Below, one piece after another: positions 12,231-25,800 of a stretch of 57,270 bases of DNA (positions are counted from its first letter, which is position 1; every line of letters starts with the position of its first letter). This DNA comes from Macrostomum lignano (lineage: Eukaryota), in NCBI GenBank assembly GCA_002269645.1, contig NIVC01003108.1:61685-118954 (forward strand), given 5' to 3'. The notes under the pieces are model-generated. The model had not been told where the DNA came from, made no database searches, and saw nothing but the letters and a program-made list of their open reading frames with translations. The position numbers and the translations under genes are program-made.

Positions 12231-13402
12231 CGTGTACGAGTGTTAGTGTACACGCATCATTAAGTCTAAATTGTAGGTAAATCCCTGATTATTTGGCTTG
12301 CATCATTTCTAATTATCTTTCGAATGAAACATACGAGCTAGCCTAAAATTAATTCAATATTCGGTTTCACAAAATAATTTAGAAACTCGAACAGCAGCCG
12401 TCTTCTTTTTTTAACCATATAATGCCACTGTAAATATGAATGGCAATATTCGCCAGCTAATAATATTAGTAGTTGATTACTGCCTTGTGCATTCCATGCC
12501 TGTTGTAAAAAAGTTTATTTAATATAAAAATTATCTAAGGAATTTATGACAGGCGGACAGCCGTAGCGAATGCGGTCGAGGTTTTTTAAAGTGCGATTTG
12601 GGATGAGTGGGGGGGGGACAACAAAAATGACAACAAATAAATGAATTATATATTCGATGCGAGAAAAGATCAAATAAACAGCTTTGTGACCAATTAATTA
12701 ATAATTAATCATTTACTGACGCTGAAAAAGTCATGGCTGTGACACTTGGGGAGTAAACAACACAATCACCAGAGTAAGTAGTATAGATAGATTATCAACT
12801 GAGTAGTCTGTAGCGAATCTGATTTGGTAATTCGTGAGAATAATGCGACGAAAATTGATCGAACCATATGGCTAGCAAATCAGGCAGAAAAGACAGAAAA
12901 GCAAAAAGCAGAACAGCAGCTAGCGACTAAGATTTGGTTAGACAGGAGAAAAAAGCAGAAATGTTCCTGAAACACGGCAAAATGGAATTTTTTTAAATTA
13001 AGGTTATTGTTTGCAAAATTAATTTTTGCGTCGAAATTTAGGATTAAACATTTGTTAACATACTACTGTGAAAAATCACACGAATCTTTTTAATGAATAA
13101 GCAGTAATACGGCAAATAAAACAGAATCGTAAATTAGTAAAAAACTGGCGGCTTCATAAAAAATTCGTTTAACTGAGAAAATAATTAATAGAGAGCTAAC
13201 TAGAGGGGAAATTTCTATCGTTAAAAATGTTCTTGTCGCGATATACTTTCCATACTACTCAGGCCAAGCAATAGTAGTCACCTTTGCTTATGCCTGCCTT
13301 AATATATTTTTCTCTCGGAGAAAACGGGCTGTAAAATTATTTTTTTCAACTCCCAGAAAAATGTCCTGTTTCTTAGAAAAACAAATCGATCAGTCAACGG
13401 CT

Positions 13403-15960
13403 TCACCACAGGCTGCCTGAGCTGGCACCGCCGGGCGGCTGGTGCGTCCGGATGCCGCTCCTGGCCGGCTTAGTGTCATCGAACTGGGCGCCGGACAGGC
13501 TGAACGAGCTCTCCTGCATGTGGCGCCCACCGCCCCGGGTTGGCGGCCTGTGGTAGACGTTCTCTGGGGCCGCCTCCGGGCCGCCACCGCCGCCAGCGGC
13601 TCCCGGCTGCTCCTTGGCCGCCGCCTTCTGACGCTCCTGCTCGGCCTTCAAATCGATTACTGGACCGTCGTAGGCGTCCCTAGCAACCGCCACGGTGCCG
13701 GCGGACTTGGCAGCCTCGCGCTTCTCCAACCGGTTGTAAACGTAGGGCGGGAAGGCCGGCATCGGCACGAAGCGGCCGGCGCCCTGCGTGACCTTCAGCT
13801 GGCGCTCGTCAACCACGAGGCGGCCGCCGCTAATAACGAACTCGGCGATGCCGTGGCACACCATGCCTTCGAATATGTTGAAGTCCACGTTCTGGTGGTG
13901 CGTCTTGGCCGAGATGGTCCTGCGAGTGTGCATTCGGATGATGATACAGTTTCATGCTTTCGCAAATAAAGTCCACTTGGCTTTCTTATGGTTATAGAAA
14001 TTAGCAATGAAAATCCCCCTAACCCGCACAATTTGGAAAATCCTCAATGGAAAATCATCAACTTGCAAATATGGAAAATCTTCAATAGAAAATCCCCAAC
14101 TTGTACAATATGGAAAATCCTCAATGGAAAATCCCCAACCCGCACAATATGGAAAATCCTCAATGGAAAATCCCCAATCTGCACATGGAAAATCCTCAAT
14201 GGAAAATCCCCAACCTGTACAATATGGAAAATCCTCAATGGAAAATCCTCAATGGAAAATCCCCCAACCTGCACAACATGGAAAATCCCCAATGGAAAAT
14301 CCCCAACCTGTACAATATGGAAAATCCTCAATGGAAAATCCCCAACCTGTACAATATGGAAAATCCCCAATGGAAAATCCCCAACCTGTACAATATGGAA
14401 AATCCCCAATGGAAAATCCCAACCTGTACAATATGGAAAATCCTCAATGGAAAATCCCCAATGGAAAATCCCCAACCTGTACAATATGGAAAATCCCCAA
14501 TGGAAAATCCCCAACCCGCACAACATGGAAAATCCCCAATGGAAAATCCCCAACCTGTACAATATGGAAAATCCTCAATGGAAAATCCCCAATGAAAAAT
14601 CCCCAACCTGTACAATATGGAAAATCCTCAATGGAAAATCCCCAACCCGCACAATATGGAAAATCCTCAATGGAAAATCCCCAACCCGCACAATATGGAA
14701 AATCCTCAATGGAAAATCCCCAACCCGCACAATATGGAAAATCCTGAATGGAAATCCCCAATCTGCACATGGAAAATCCTCAATGGAAAATCCCCAACCC
14801 GCACAATATGGAAAATCCTCAACGGAAAATCCCCAAACCAAGAAGTCCTCAAGCCTCACCTGGTCTCCTTGGCATTCCAGACCACAATGTCGGCATCGGA
14901 TCCCACAGCGATGCGGCCCTTCTGCGGGTACAGGTTGAACACCTTGGCAGCGTTGGTCGAGGTGGCGGCCACGAACTGGCAGGGGTCCAGGATGCCGGTC
15001 TCCACGCCCTTCTCCCACAGCACGCTCATCCGGTCCTCCACGCCGTTGACTCCGTTGGGGATTCGGCGGAAGTCGTCTTTGCCCAGCGCCTTCTGGTCGG
15101 CCTTGAACACGCAGTGATCGGTGCCCGTGCAGGTCAGCTCGCCCGTGGCCAGCATGCGCCACAGGCGCTCCTTGGTGCTGGGGTCGCGCAGCGGCGGGCT
15201 GAGCACGTGACCGGCGGCGTGACGCCAGCAGGTGTGCTGAAGGAGGGATGGTGGGAGATGCCATGGCTCAATGGAGAGTTGCTGAGATGCCAGTTGGCTC
15301 AATGGGGAGTTGCTGAGATGCCAGTTGGCTCAATGGGGAGTTGCTGGGATGCCAGTTGGCTCAATGGGGAGTTGCTGAGATTCCAGTTGGCTCAATGGGG
15401 AGTTGCTGAGATGCCAGTTGTCTCAATGGGGAGTTGCTGAGATGCCAGTTGGCTCAATGGGGAGTTGCTGAGATGCCAGTTGGCTCAATGGGGAGTTGCT
15501 GAGATTCCAGTTGGCTCAATGGGGATTTGGGAAGGCACAGAGTGTACATGCCTGATGATTAGAAAGTCAGGGCCGTTGTGTACACTCTGTGTGAGCGTGT
15601 GTACAGCATCTGCTGTTAATATTAATTTTTCGCTCCGCTACTGTCAGTAATGCAATAGAAAATTGATAAGAGACCAGAACATTCCCATAGCCAAACCTGA
15701 TAGCTGGAGTTGTCACAGGCCAGCCCGGCGGCGATGGGCTCGCCGTAGCAGACCTGGCCACGCCGGCGCGCCTTGGAGATGGCCTCGCCGGCCTCGGCGC
15801 TCATCACGTGCACCACATAGAGCGGGCAGTTGGCCTCGTCAGCTATGGCCAGCGCGCGCGTAGTGGCCTCGATCTCCATGGCCTCCGGGCGGGAGTAAGA
15901 GTGACCCTCTGGCCCGCGGATTCCGTCAGCGACCAGCTGTTCGGCTTTGCGCTCGATAAT
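13403..15960 (-). CDS. DPYS: Duplicated 3' half of dihydropyrimidinase/CRMP (exons 3'-5': 15697-15960, 14860-15236, 13403-13919); no own exons 1-2
   Basis: Intact frames and splice sites, same exon lengths as the full copy (264/377/517 nt). Confidence 0.9.
14005..14840 (+). repeat. 39-bp minisatellite (ATGGAAAATCCTCAATGGAAAATCCCCAACCTGTACAAT) in DPYS intron 4, copy A
   Basis: Tandem units; source of the MENPQ/WKIP ORFs. Confidence 0.97.
15255..15525 (+). repeat. 31-bp minisatellite (GGGGAGTTGCTGAGATGCCAGTTGGCTCAAT) in DPYS intron 3, copy A
   Basis: Tandem units. Confidence 0.95.
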
Positions 15961-16009
15961 CTGGTTGGGGGAGGGTGGGGAGCGGATTAGCGAGGAGCGG
16001 ATTAGCGAG

Positions 16010-16995
16010 GATTTGAGGATTTGAGGAGATTTGAGGAGAGAAGACGGGAGAAAGAAGAGGGGAGAAAGAAGAGGAGAGAGAGAAGAGGGGAGAGAGGAGA
16101 GGAAAAAGAAGAGAGAGGGGAGAGAGGAGAGGGGGAGAGAATAGGAGAGAGGGGAGAGAGGAGAGAGAGGAGAGAGGAGAGGAAAGAGAGGAGAGGGGAG
16201 AGAGGAGAGGGGGAGAGAATAGGAGAGAGGGGAGAGAGGAGAGAGAGGAGAGGGGAGAGAGGAGAGAGGGGAGAGAGGAGAGGGGGAGAGAATAGGAGAG
16301 GGGAGAGAGGAGAGAGGAGAGGAAAGAGAGGAGAGGGGAGAGAGGAGAGGGGAAGAGAATAGGAGAGAGGGGAGAGAGGAGAGAGAGGAGAGAGGAGAGG
16401 AAAGAGAGGAGAGGGGAGAGAGTAGAGGGGGAGAGAATAGGAGAGAGGGGAGAGAGGAGAGGGGGAGAGAGGAGAGAGGAGAGAGAGGAGAGGGAAGAGA
16501 GGAGAGGGGGAGAGAATAGGAGAGGAGAGAGGGGGAGAGGGGAGAGAGGAGAGGGGACAGAGGAGAGAGGGGAGAGAGGAGAGGGGAGAAAGGAGAGGGG
16601 GAGAGAATAGGAGAGGGGAGAGAGGATAGGGGACAGAGGAGAGAGGGGAGAGAGGACAGAGGAAAGAGGAGAGGAAAGAGAGGAGAGGGGAGAGGGGAGA
16701 GAGGAGAGAGAGGAGAGGGAGAGAGGAGAGGAAAGAGAGGAGAGAGAGGAGAGGGGAGAGAATAGGAGAGGGAGAGAGGAGAGAGAGGAGAGGGGAGAGA
16801 GAGAGAGAGGGAGAGAGGAGAGGGGAGAGAGGAGAGGGGAGAGAGGAGAGGGGAGAGAGGAGAGGGAGAGAGGAGAGGAAAGAGAGGAGAGAGAGGAGAG
16901 GGGAGAGAGGAGAGGGGAGAGAGGAGAGGGGAGAGAGGAGAGGGGAGAGAGGAGAGGGGAGAAAGGAGAGAAGGGAGTGAAAGGGGGAGAGGGGA
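16010..16995 (+). repeat. Polypurine GA tract, copy B (~1 kb)
   Basis: Same flanks as the tract in copy A, but shorter. Confidence 0.95.
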
Positions 16996-17153
16996 GCAAA
17001 AATAGAGCTGAGAAGACACAAACCTTGAGTGGGCCGGATTGCTATTGTGAAGTTTCAAAGGACCCGAGGGCCGGATGAAGAGGCTTCGCGGGTCGGAGTT
17101 TGCCGAGCCCTGGGTCTGCCTGGACCTCAAACAAGTCCACTCCTCTTTGCCAG

Positions 17154-17205
17154 GCGCCGCCACCTGTGCTGACGGGCGGTCGCCAGCAGTCTTTCTACTC
17201 CTACA

Positions 17206-17254
<49 letters not shown>

Positions 17255-19163
17255 AGGCGGCTGGGCAGGCTGGCTGCAGCACCACCGACCTCCGTCAGCC
17301 GCTCCGGGAAGCAGCGGCACCAACAGCAGGAGCTACTTTGTCACCACTGAGACGTCGTCCGCGGGCGGTGTCGGCGGCGGCGGCGGCGGTATCAGCGGAC
17401 GGCAGTCGTCGGCGGGCGGCGCGTACTTCTCCGAGGGTCTGGTCATCAAGCCGGGCGGTGCGTCAGCCAGCTCGGCCATGCTGCAGCAGCAACAGCAGCA
17501 CCAGCACCAGCAGCACCAGCAGCACCAGCAGCACCAGCAGCACCAGCAGCTGTTTCGACGCGACTCCACAGGCAGCGTGGAGCGGGAGCTGCTGCGCTAT
17601 CAGCAGCGAGACAGCGGCGGCAGCCGGCAGTATAAGGTGAATGCTACTAATTGGCTTCGCGGTATCTTTAGACCCGAGTAGGCTGATGCATTCACAGCAG
17701 AGCTGCTGTAAGTTAAGCAGAACTGGCTGTGGTTAGTATCTAGAATTGCGTCTAAATGGCCGCATCTAGAGAACCAATCTAGAGTCGAGCCGTGAAATCC
17801 GCGGTTATCATTGTGAACCGGCTTCCTCCCCCCACACGCCCGTCAGGTGGAGGCCCGGCAGCCGGACGAGAACGTGCACTCCGAGGGCTTCCTAGTTCAG
17901 CGCCGGTCCATCGGTCGCTGGGGCGGCGGCGACGGCGGCGGCATCGCCAGCCGGGAGCAGCGGACGGCCATCAGCGAACAGGAGGAGCAGCAGAGATTCC
18001 AGCGACAGCAGAACGCCGACTACCCGGTGCTGAAGGTGCACCAGCCCTACAAGATGAAGTTTCTCATGAGCAAGGAGGCTCCGCCCGCAGTGTACAGCAG
18101 CGGCAGCGCCGAAGAGTCCTCGGTCAGAGAGAGGTTCGCCAGCGACCTGTACCGCGGCCGGCACGGCAGGCAGAGCGTCGTCGGTGGCTTCGGCGGCGAC
18201 GGTGGCGCCGTCCGACAGTTCAGCCAGCAGCGGTTCATCTATGGCGCCAGAGCCGAGTCGCCAGAGGCATCGGCGATCGTCCAGACCCATACAAAGACAT
18301 CGGACAACTACGGCGGCACCATCAGGGAGGGCACCATCCAGAAGCATCTGGCCACGGAGAAGTCGGCCGGGTTCAAGGACGACGAGCTGGAGGCGGCGCT
18401 GAGCAGGCTGGAGCTGAGCGAAGGCGGCCAGCGGGATGAGGAGACTACAGAGACTAAAACAACAAAGACTACGACACAGACTGTGCAGAGCGGCGAGTCC
18501 AAGGAGACGTCGGCGGCGGCGGCAGCTGCTGCACTGAAGCGCAAGCAGTCCACCATGTCGCGGGTGTCGGTGCAGAACGACAAGGAGGAGGAGGAGGTCA
18601 GCTACTTCATGGACGGCGACCGGCTGAGGAAGCGGGTGAAGCGACGCCGCTACGCGGATGGCAAGCTGGTGAACGAGAAGGAAGAGGTGGCCAGCCTTAC
18701 GGAGGCCGAGCAGCGGGAGATCAGCGAGCACCGCAGCCAGTGGCAGTGGAGCAGCAGCGGCGGCGGCGGCGCCGGCAGCAGCAGCAGCAAGACAGTCGTT
18801 ATCACAGAAGACGGGAACCGCGCCGTCCGGCGCCCCAAGAAGCGCCGCTGCGCCTGCTGCTACCCGCGGCACAAGCGCTACAAATCGGTGCCAGAGACGG
18901 CCCAGCCGCAGCAGCAGCAGGCAGCGGCCCAGCAGTCCAGCTGGAGCAGCCGGCGCGGCCCCGACGGCGCCGTGATCACCGAGACAACGACTACGACAAC
19001 GACGGCGAACGGTGGCTCCGTCACGGAGACAAGGACGAGAAAACAGAAATCGAAAAGCGGCGGCTGCTGCGGCCGGAAGAAGCGGAACAGCTGGCGGGCT
19101 GAGCAGCAGAACGGAGCCGGGGCTGCGAGTCAGCCGGTTGTCACCTTTGATGAGCGCAGGTAG
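17154..19163 (+). CDS. Unknown low-complexity protein, copy 2 (exons 17154-17636, 17847-19163); lacks its own upstream exon
   Basis: In-frame 483-nt exon plus 438-aa last exon nearly identical to copy 1. Confidence 0.7.
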
Positions 19164-19461
19164 ACGGACGCGAGCAGATTGGACTGACCATTAAATTGCT
19201 ATAATCGGTAATGTTTGCATACGCTCGTAACAATACTGCTTATTGAGTTTTTATCAATGCGCGTCAGCTGATCAGGCTAAAATTATACGCGGCCAATAGC
19301 TATATTAGCTAGCTCGTATATTGTTTATGGCTTCTACAAATATAATTAATTATTGATGATTATTGTGCTCCAAATATCACGGGAACTCCGACACAGCCTT
19401 AAAAGCTTCCAATTTTCCCTACTGTGTATCTTGTGTGACTCGTCTGTTACGGTAAATAAGA

Positions 19462-21660
19462 ACACAATGATGCGGTCCAGTTATCCCAACTACAATCGGG
19501 AACACAATGATGCAGTCCAGTTATCCCAACTACAATCGGTGAACACAATGATGCGGTCCAGTTATCCCAACTACAATCGGTGAACACAATGATGCAGTCC
19601 AGTTATCCCAACTACAATCGGTGAACACAATGATGCGGTCCAGTTATCCCAACTACAATCGAGAACACAATGATGCGGTCCAGTTATCCCAACTACAATC
19701 GGTGAACACAATGATGCGGTCCAGTTATCCCAACTACAATCGGGAACACAATGATGCGGTCCAGTTATCCCAACTACAAACGAGGAACACAATGATGCAG
19801 TCCAGTTATCCCAACTACAATCGGGAACACAATGATGCAGTCCAGTTATCCCAACTACAATCGGTGAACACAATGATGCAGTCCAGTTATCCCAACTACA
19901 ATCGGGAACACAATGATGCGGTCCAGTTATCCCAACTACAATCGGTGAACACAATGATGCGGTCCAGTTATCCCAACTACAATCGGTGAACACAATGATG
20001 CGGTCCAGTTATCCCAACTACAATCGGAAACACAATGATGCGGTCCAGTTATCCCAACTACAATCGGGAACACAATGATGCGGTCCAGTTATCCCAACTA
20101 CAAACGAGGAACACAATGATGCGGTCCAGTTATCCCAACTACAATCGGGAACACAATGATGCAGTCCAGTTATCCCAACTACAATCGGTGAACACAATGA
20201 CGCGGTCCAGTTATCCCAACTACAATCGGAAACACAATGATGCGGTCCAGTTATCCCAACTACAATCGGAAACACAATGATGCGGTCCAGTTATCCCAAC
20301 TACAATCGGTGAACACAATGATGCGGTCCAGTTATCCCAACTACAATCGAGAACACAATGATGCGGTCCAGTTATCCCAACTACAATCGAGAACACAATG
20401 ATGCGGTCCAGTTATCCCAACTACAATCGAGAACACAATGATGCGGTCCAGTTATCCTAACTACAATCGAGAACACAAACATGCGGTCCAGTTATCCCAA
20501 CTACAATCGAGAACACAATGATGCGGTCCTGTTATCCCAACTACAATCGGTGAACACAATGATGCGGTCCAGTTATCCCAACTACAATCGAGAACACAAT
20601 GATGCGGTCCAGTTATCCCAACTACAATCGAGAACACAATGATGCGGTCCAGTTATCCCAACTACAATCGGTGAACACAATGATGCGGTCCAGTTATCCC
20701 AACTACAATCGAGAACACAATGATGCGGTCCAGTTATCCCAACTACAATCGAGAACACAATGATGCGGTCCAGTTATCCCAACTACAATCGAGAACACAA
20801 TGATGCGGTCCAGTTATCCTAACTACAATCGAGAACACAATCATGCGGTCCAGTTATCCCAACTACAATCGAGAACACAATGATGCGGTCCTGTTATCCC
20901 AACTACAATCGGTGAACACAATGATGCGGTCCAGTTATCCCAACTACAATCGAGAACACAATGATGCGGTCCAGTTATCCCAACTACAATCGAGAACACA
21001 ATGATGCGGTCCAGTTATCCCAACTACAATCGGTGAACACAATGATGCGGTCCAGTTATCCCAACTACAATCGGGGACACAATGGTGCGGTCCAGTTATT
21101 TCAACTACAATCGGTGAACACAATGATGCGGTCCAGTTATCCCAACTACAATCGGGAACACAATGATGCGGTCCAGTTATCCCAACTACAATCGGGAACA
21201 CAATGATGCGGTCCAGTTATCCCAACTACAATCGATAACACAATGATGCGGTCCAGTTATCCCAACTACAATCGGGAACACAATGATGCGGTCCAGTTAT
21301 CCCAACTACAAACGAGGAACACAATGATGCGGTCCAGTTATCCCAACTACAATCGGTGAACACAATGATGCGGTCCAGTTATCCCAACTACAATCGGGAA
21401 CACAATGATGCGGTCCAGTTATCCCAACTACAAACGAGGAACACAATGATGCGGTCCAGTTATCCCAACTACAATCGGGAACACAATGATGCGGTCCAGT
21501 TATCCTAACTACAATCGGGAACACAATGATGCGGTCCAGTTACCCCAACTACAATCGGTGAACACAATGATGCGGTCCAGTTATCCCAACTACAAACGAG
21601 GAACACAATGATGCGGTCCAGTTATCCCAACTACAATCGTGAACACAATGATGCGGTCCC
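19462..21660 (+). repeat. 40/41-bp minisatellite, copy B (~54 units)
   Basis: Same unit as 11645-12230. Confidence 0.97.
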
Positions 21661-22833
21661 GTGTACGAGTGTTAGTGTATACGCATCATTAAGTCTAAAT
21701 TGTAGGTAAATCCCTGATTATTTGGCTTGCATCATTTCTAATTATCTTTCGAATGAAACATACGAGCTAGCCTAAAATTAATTCAATATTCGGTTTCACA
21801 AAATAATTTAGAAGCTCGAACAGCAGCCGTCTTCTTTCATTAATCATATAATGCCACTGTAAATATGAATGGCAATATTCGCCAGCTAATAATATTAGTA
21901 GTTGATTACTGCCTTGTGCATTCCATGCCTGTTGTAAAAAAGTTTATTTAATATAAAAATTATCTAAGGAATTTATGACAGGCGGACAGCCGTAGCGAAT
22001 GCGGTCGAGGTTTTTTAAAGTGCGATTTGGGATGAGTGGGGGGGGGACAACAAAAATGACAACAAATAAATGAATTAAATATTCGATGCGAGAAAAGATC
22101 AAATAAACAGCTTTGTGACCAATTAATTAATAATTAATCATTTACTGACGCTGAAAAAGTCATGGCTGTGACACTTGGGGAGTAAACAACACAATCACCA
22201 GAGTAAGTAGTATAGATAGATTATCAACTGAGTAGTAGTCTGTAGCGAATCTGATTTGGTAATTCGTGAGAATAATGCGACGAAAATTGATCGAACCATA
22301 TGGCTAGCAAATCAGGCAGAAAAGACAGAAAAGCAAAAAGCAGAACAGCAGCTAGCGACTAAGATTTGGTTAGACAGGAGAAAAAAGCAGAAATGTTCCT
22401 GAAACACGGCAAAATGGAATTTTTTTAAATTAAGGTTATTGTTTGCAAAATTAATTTTTGCGTCGAAATTTAGGATTAAACATTTGTTAACATACTACTG
22501 TGAAAAATCACACGAATCTTTTTAATGAATAAGCAGTAATACGGCAAATAAAACAGAATCGTAAATTGGTAAAAAACTGGCGGCTTCATAAAAAATTCGT
22601 TTAACTGAGAAAATAATTAATAGAGAGCTAACTAGAGGGGAAATTTCTATCGTTAAAAATGTTCTTGTCGCGATATACTTTCCATACTACTCAGGCCAAG
22701 CAATAGTAGTCACCTTTGCTTATGCCTGCCTTAATATATTTTTCTCTCGGAGAAAACGGGCTGTAAAATTATTTTTTTCAACTCCCAGAAAAATGTCCTG
22801 TTTCTTAGAAAACAAATCGATCAGTCAGCGGCT

Positions 22834-25800
22834 TCACCACAGGCTGCCTGAGCTGGCACCGCCGGGCGGCTGGTGCGTCCGGATGCCGCTCCTGGCCGGC
22901 TTGGTGTCGTCGAACTGGGCGCCGGACAGGCTGAACGAGCTCTCCTGCATGTGGCGCCCGCCGCCCCGGGTTGGCGGCCTGTGGAAGACGTTCTCTGCGG
23001 CCGCCTCCGGGCCGCCGCCGCCGCCAGCGGCTCCCGGCTGCTCCTTGGCCGCCGCCTTCTGACGCTCCTGCTCGGCCTTCAAATCGATTACTGGACCGTC
23101 GTAGGCGTCCCTAGCAACCGCCACGGTGCCGGCGGACTTGGCAGCCTCGCGCTTCTCCAACCGGTTGTAAACGTAGGGCGGGAAGGCCGGCATCGGCACG
23201 AAGCGGCCGGCGCCCTGCGTGACCTTCAGCTGGCGCTCGTCAACCACGAGGCGGCCGCCGCTAATAACGAACTCGGCGATGCCGTGGCACACCATGCCTT
23301 CGAATATGTTGAAGTCCACGTTCTGGTGGTGCGTCTTGGCCGAGATGGTCCTGCGAGTGTGCATTCGGATGATGATACAGTTTCATGCTTTCGCAAATAA
23401 AGTCCACTTGGCTTTCTTATGGTTATAGAAATTAGCAATGGAAATCCCCCAACCCGCACAATTTGGAAAATCCTCAATGGAAAATCATCAACTTGCAAAT
23501 ATGGAAAATCTTCAATAGAAAATCCCCAACTTGTACAATATGGAAAATCCTCAATGGAAAATCCCCAACCCGCACAATATGGAAAATCCTCAATGGAAAA
23601 TCCCCAACCCGCACAATATGGAAAATCCTCAATGGAAAATCCCCAACCCGCACAATATGGAAAATCCTCAATGGAAAATCCCCAAATTGCAAAATATGGA
23701 AAATCCTCAATGGAAAATCCCCAACTTGCACAATATGGAAAATCCTCAATGGAAAATCCCCAACTTGCACAATATGGAAAATCCTCAATGGAAAATCCCC
23801 AACTTGCAAAATATGGAAAATCTTCAATGGAAAATCCCCAACTTGCACAATATGGAAAATCCTCAATGGAAAATCCCCAACCTGCACAATATGGAAAATC
23901 CTCAATGGAAAATCCCCAACCCGCACAATATGGAAAATCCTCAATGGAAAATCCCCAACTTGCACAATATGGAAAATCCTCAATGGAAAATCCCCAACTT
24001 GCAAAATATGGAAAATCCTAAATGGAAAATCCCCAACTTGCACAATATGGAAAATCCTCAATGGAAAATCCCCAACTTGCAAAATATGGAAAATCCTCAA
24101 TGGAAAATCCCCAACTTGCACAATATGGAAAATCCTCAATGGAAAATCCCCAACTTGCACAATATGGAAAATCCTCAATGGAAAATCCCCAACCTGCACA
24201 ATATGGAAAATCCTCAATGGAAAATCCCCAACCCGCACAATATGGAAAATCCTCAATGGAAAATCCCCAACTTGCACAATATGGAAAATCCTCAATGGAA
24301 AATCCCCAACTTGCAAAATATGGAAAATCCTCAATGGAAAATCCCCAACTTGCACAATATGGAAAATCCTCAATGGAAAATCCCCAACTTGCACAATATG
24401 GAAAATCCTCAATGGAAAATCCCCAATTTGCACAATATGGAAAATCCTCAATGGAAAATCCCCAACTTGCAAAATATGGAAAATCCTCAATGGAAAATCC
24501 CCAACTTGCACAATATGGAAAATCCTCAATGGAAAATCCTCAATGGAAAATCCTCAATGGAAAATCCTCAATGGAAAATCCCCAACTTGCACAATATGGA
24601 AAATCCTCAATGGAAAATCCTCAATGGAAAATCCTCAATGGAAAATCCTCAATGGAAAATCCCCAACTTGCACAATATGGAAAATTCTCAATGGAAAATC
24701 CCCCAACTTGCACAATATGGAAAATTCTCAATGGAAAATCCCCCAACTTGCACAATATGGAAAATCCTCAATGGAAAATCCCCAACCTGCACAATATGGA
24801 AAATCCTCAATGGAAAATCCCCAACTTGCACAATATGGAAAATTCTCAATGGAAAATCCCCAACTTGCACAATATGAAAAATCCTCAATGGAAAATCCCC
24901 AAACCAAGAAGTCCTCAAGCCTCACCTGGTCTCCTTGGCATTCCAGACCACAATGTCGGCATCGGATCCCACAGCGATGCGGCCCTTCTGCGGGTACAGG
25001 TTGAACACCTTGGCAGCGTTGGTCGAGGTGGCGGCCACGAACTGACAGGGGTCCAAGATGCCGGTCTCCACGCCCTTCTCCCACAGCACGCTCATCCGGT
25101 CCTCCACGCCGTTGACTCCGTTGGGGATTCGGCGGAAGTCGTCTTTGCCCAGCGCCTTCTGGTCGGCCTTGAACACGCAGTGATCGGTGCCCGTGCAGGT
25201 CAGCTCGCCCGTGGCCAGCATGCGCCACAGGCGCTCCTTGGTGCTGGGGTCACGCAGCGGCGGGCTGAGCACGTGACCGGCGGCGTGACGCCAGCAGGTG
25301 TGCTGAAGGAGGGATGGTGGGAGATGTCATGGCTCAATAGGGAGTTGCTGAGATGCCAGTTGGCTCAATGGGGAGTTGCTGAGATGCCAGTTGGCTCAAT
25401 GGGGAGTTGCTGAGATGCCAGTTGGCTCAATGGGGAGTTGCTGAGATGCCAGTTGGCTCAATGGGGAGTTGCTGAGATGCCAGTTGGCTCAATGGGGAGT
25501 TGCTGAGATGCCAGTTGGCTCAATGGGGAGTTGCTGAGATGCCAGTTGGCTCAATGGGGAGTTGCTGAGATGCCAGTTGGCTCAATGGGGAGTTGCTGAG
25601 ATGCCAGTTGGCTCAATGGGGAGTTGCTGAGATGCCAGTTGGCTCAATGGGGAGCTGCTGAGATGCCAGTTGGCTCAATGGGGATTTGGGAAGGCACAGA
25701 GAGTGTACATGCCTGATGATTAGAAAGTCAGGGCCGCTGTGTACACTCTGTGTGAGCGTGTGTACAGCATCTGCTGTTAATATTAATTTTTCGCTCTGCT

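Larger units (their letters stand above)
6873..16009 (+). repeat. Tandem segmental duplication, copy A
   Basis: Unique sequence near-identical to 16010-26160 in the same order (GA tract, unknown gene exons, 41-mer array, spacer, DPYS exons 5-3). Confidence 0.95.

Noticed and set aside
11645-21660. 40/41-bp arrays as CRISPR arrays
   Set aside because: Units are contiguous with no unique spacers, there are no cas genes, and the context is eukaryotic
13988-25004. [12 protein letters not shown] repeat proteins
   Set aside because: The 39-bp minisatellite is open in several frames and lies inside a DPYS intron with clean splice sites
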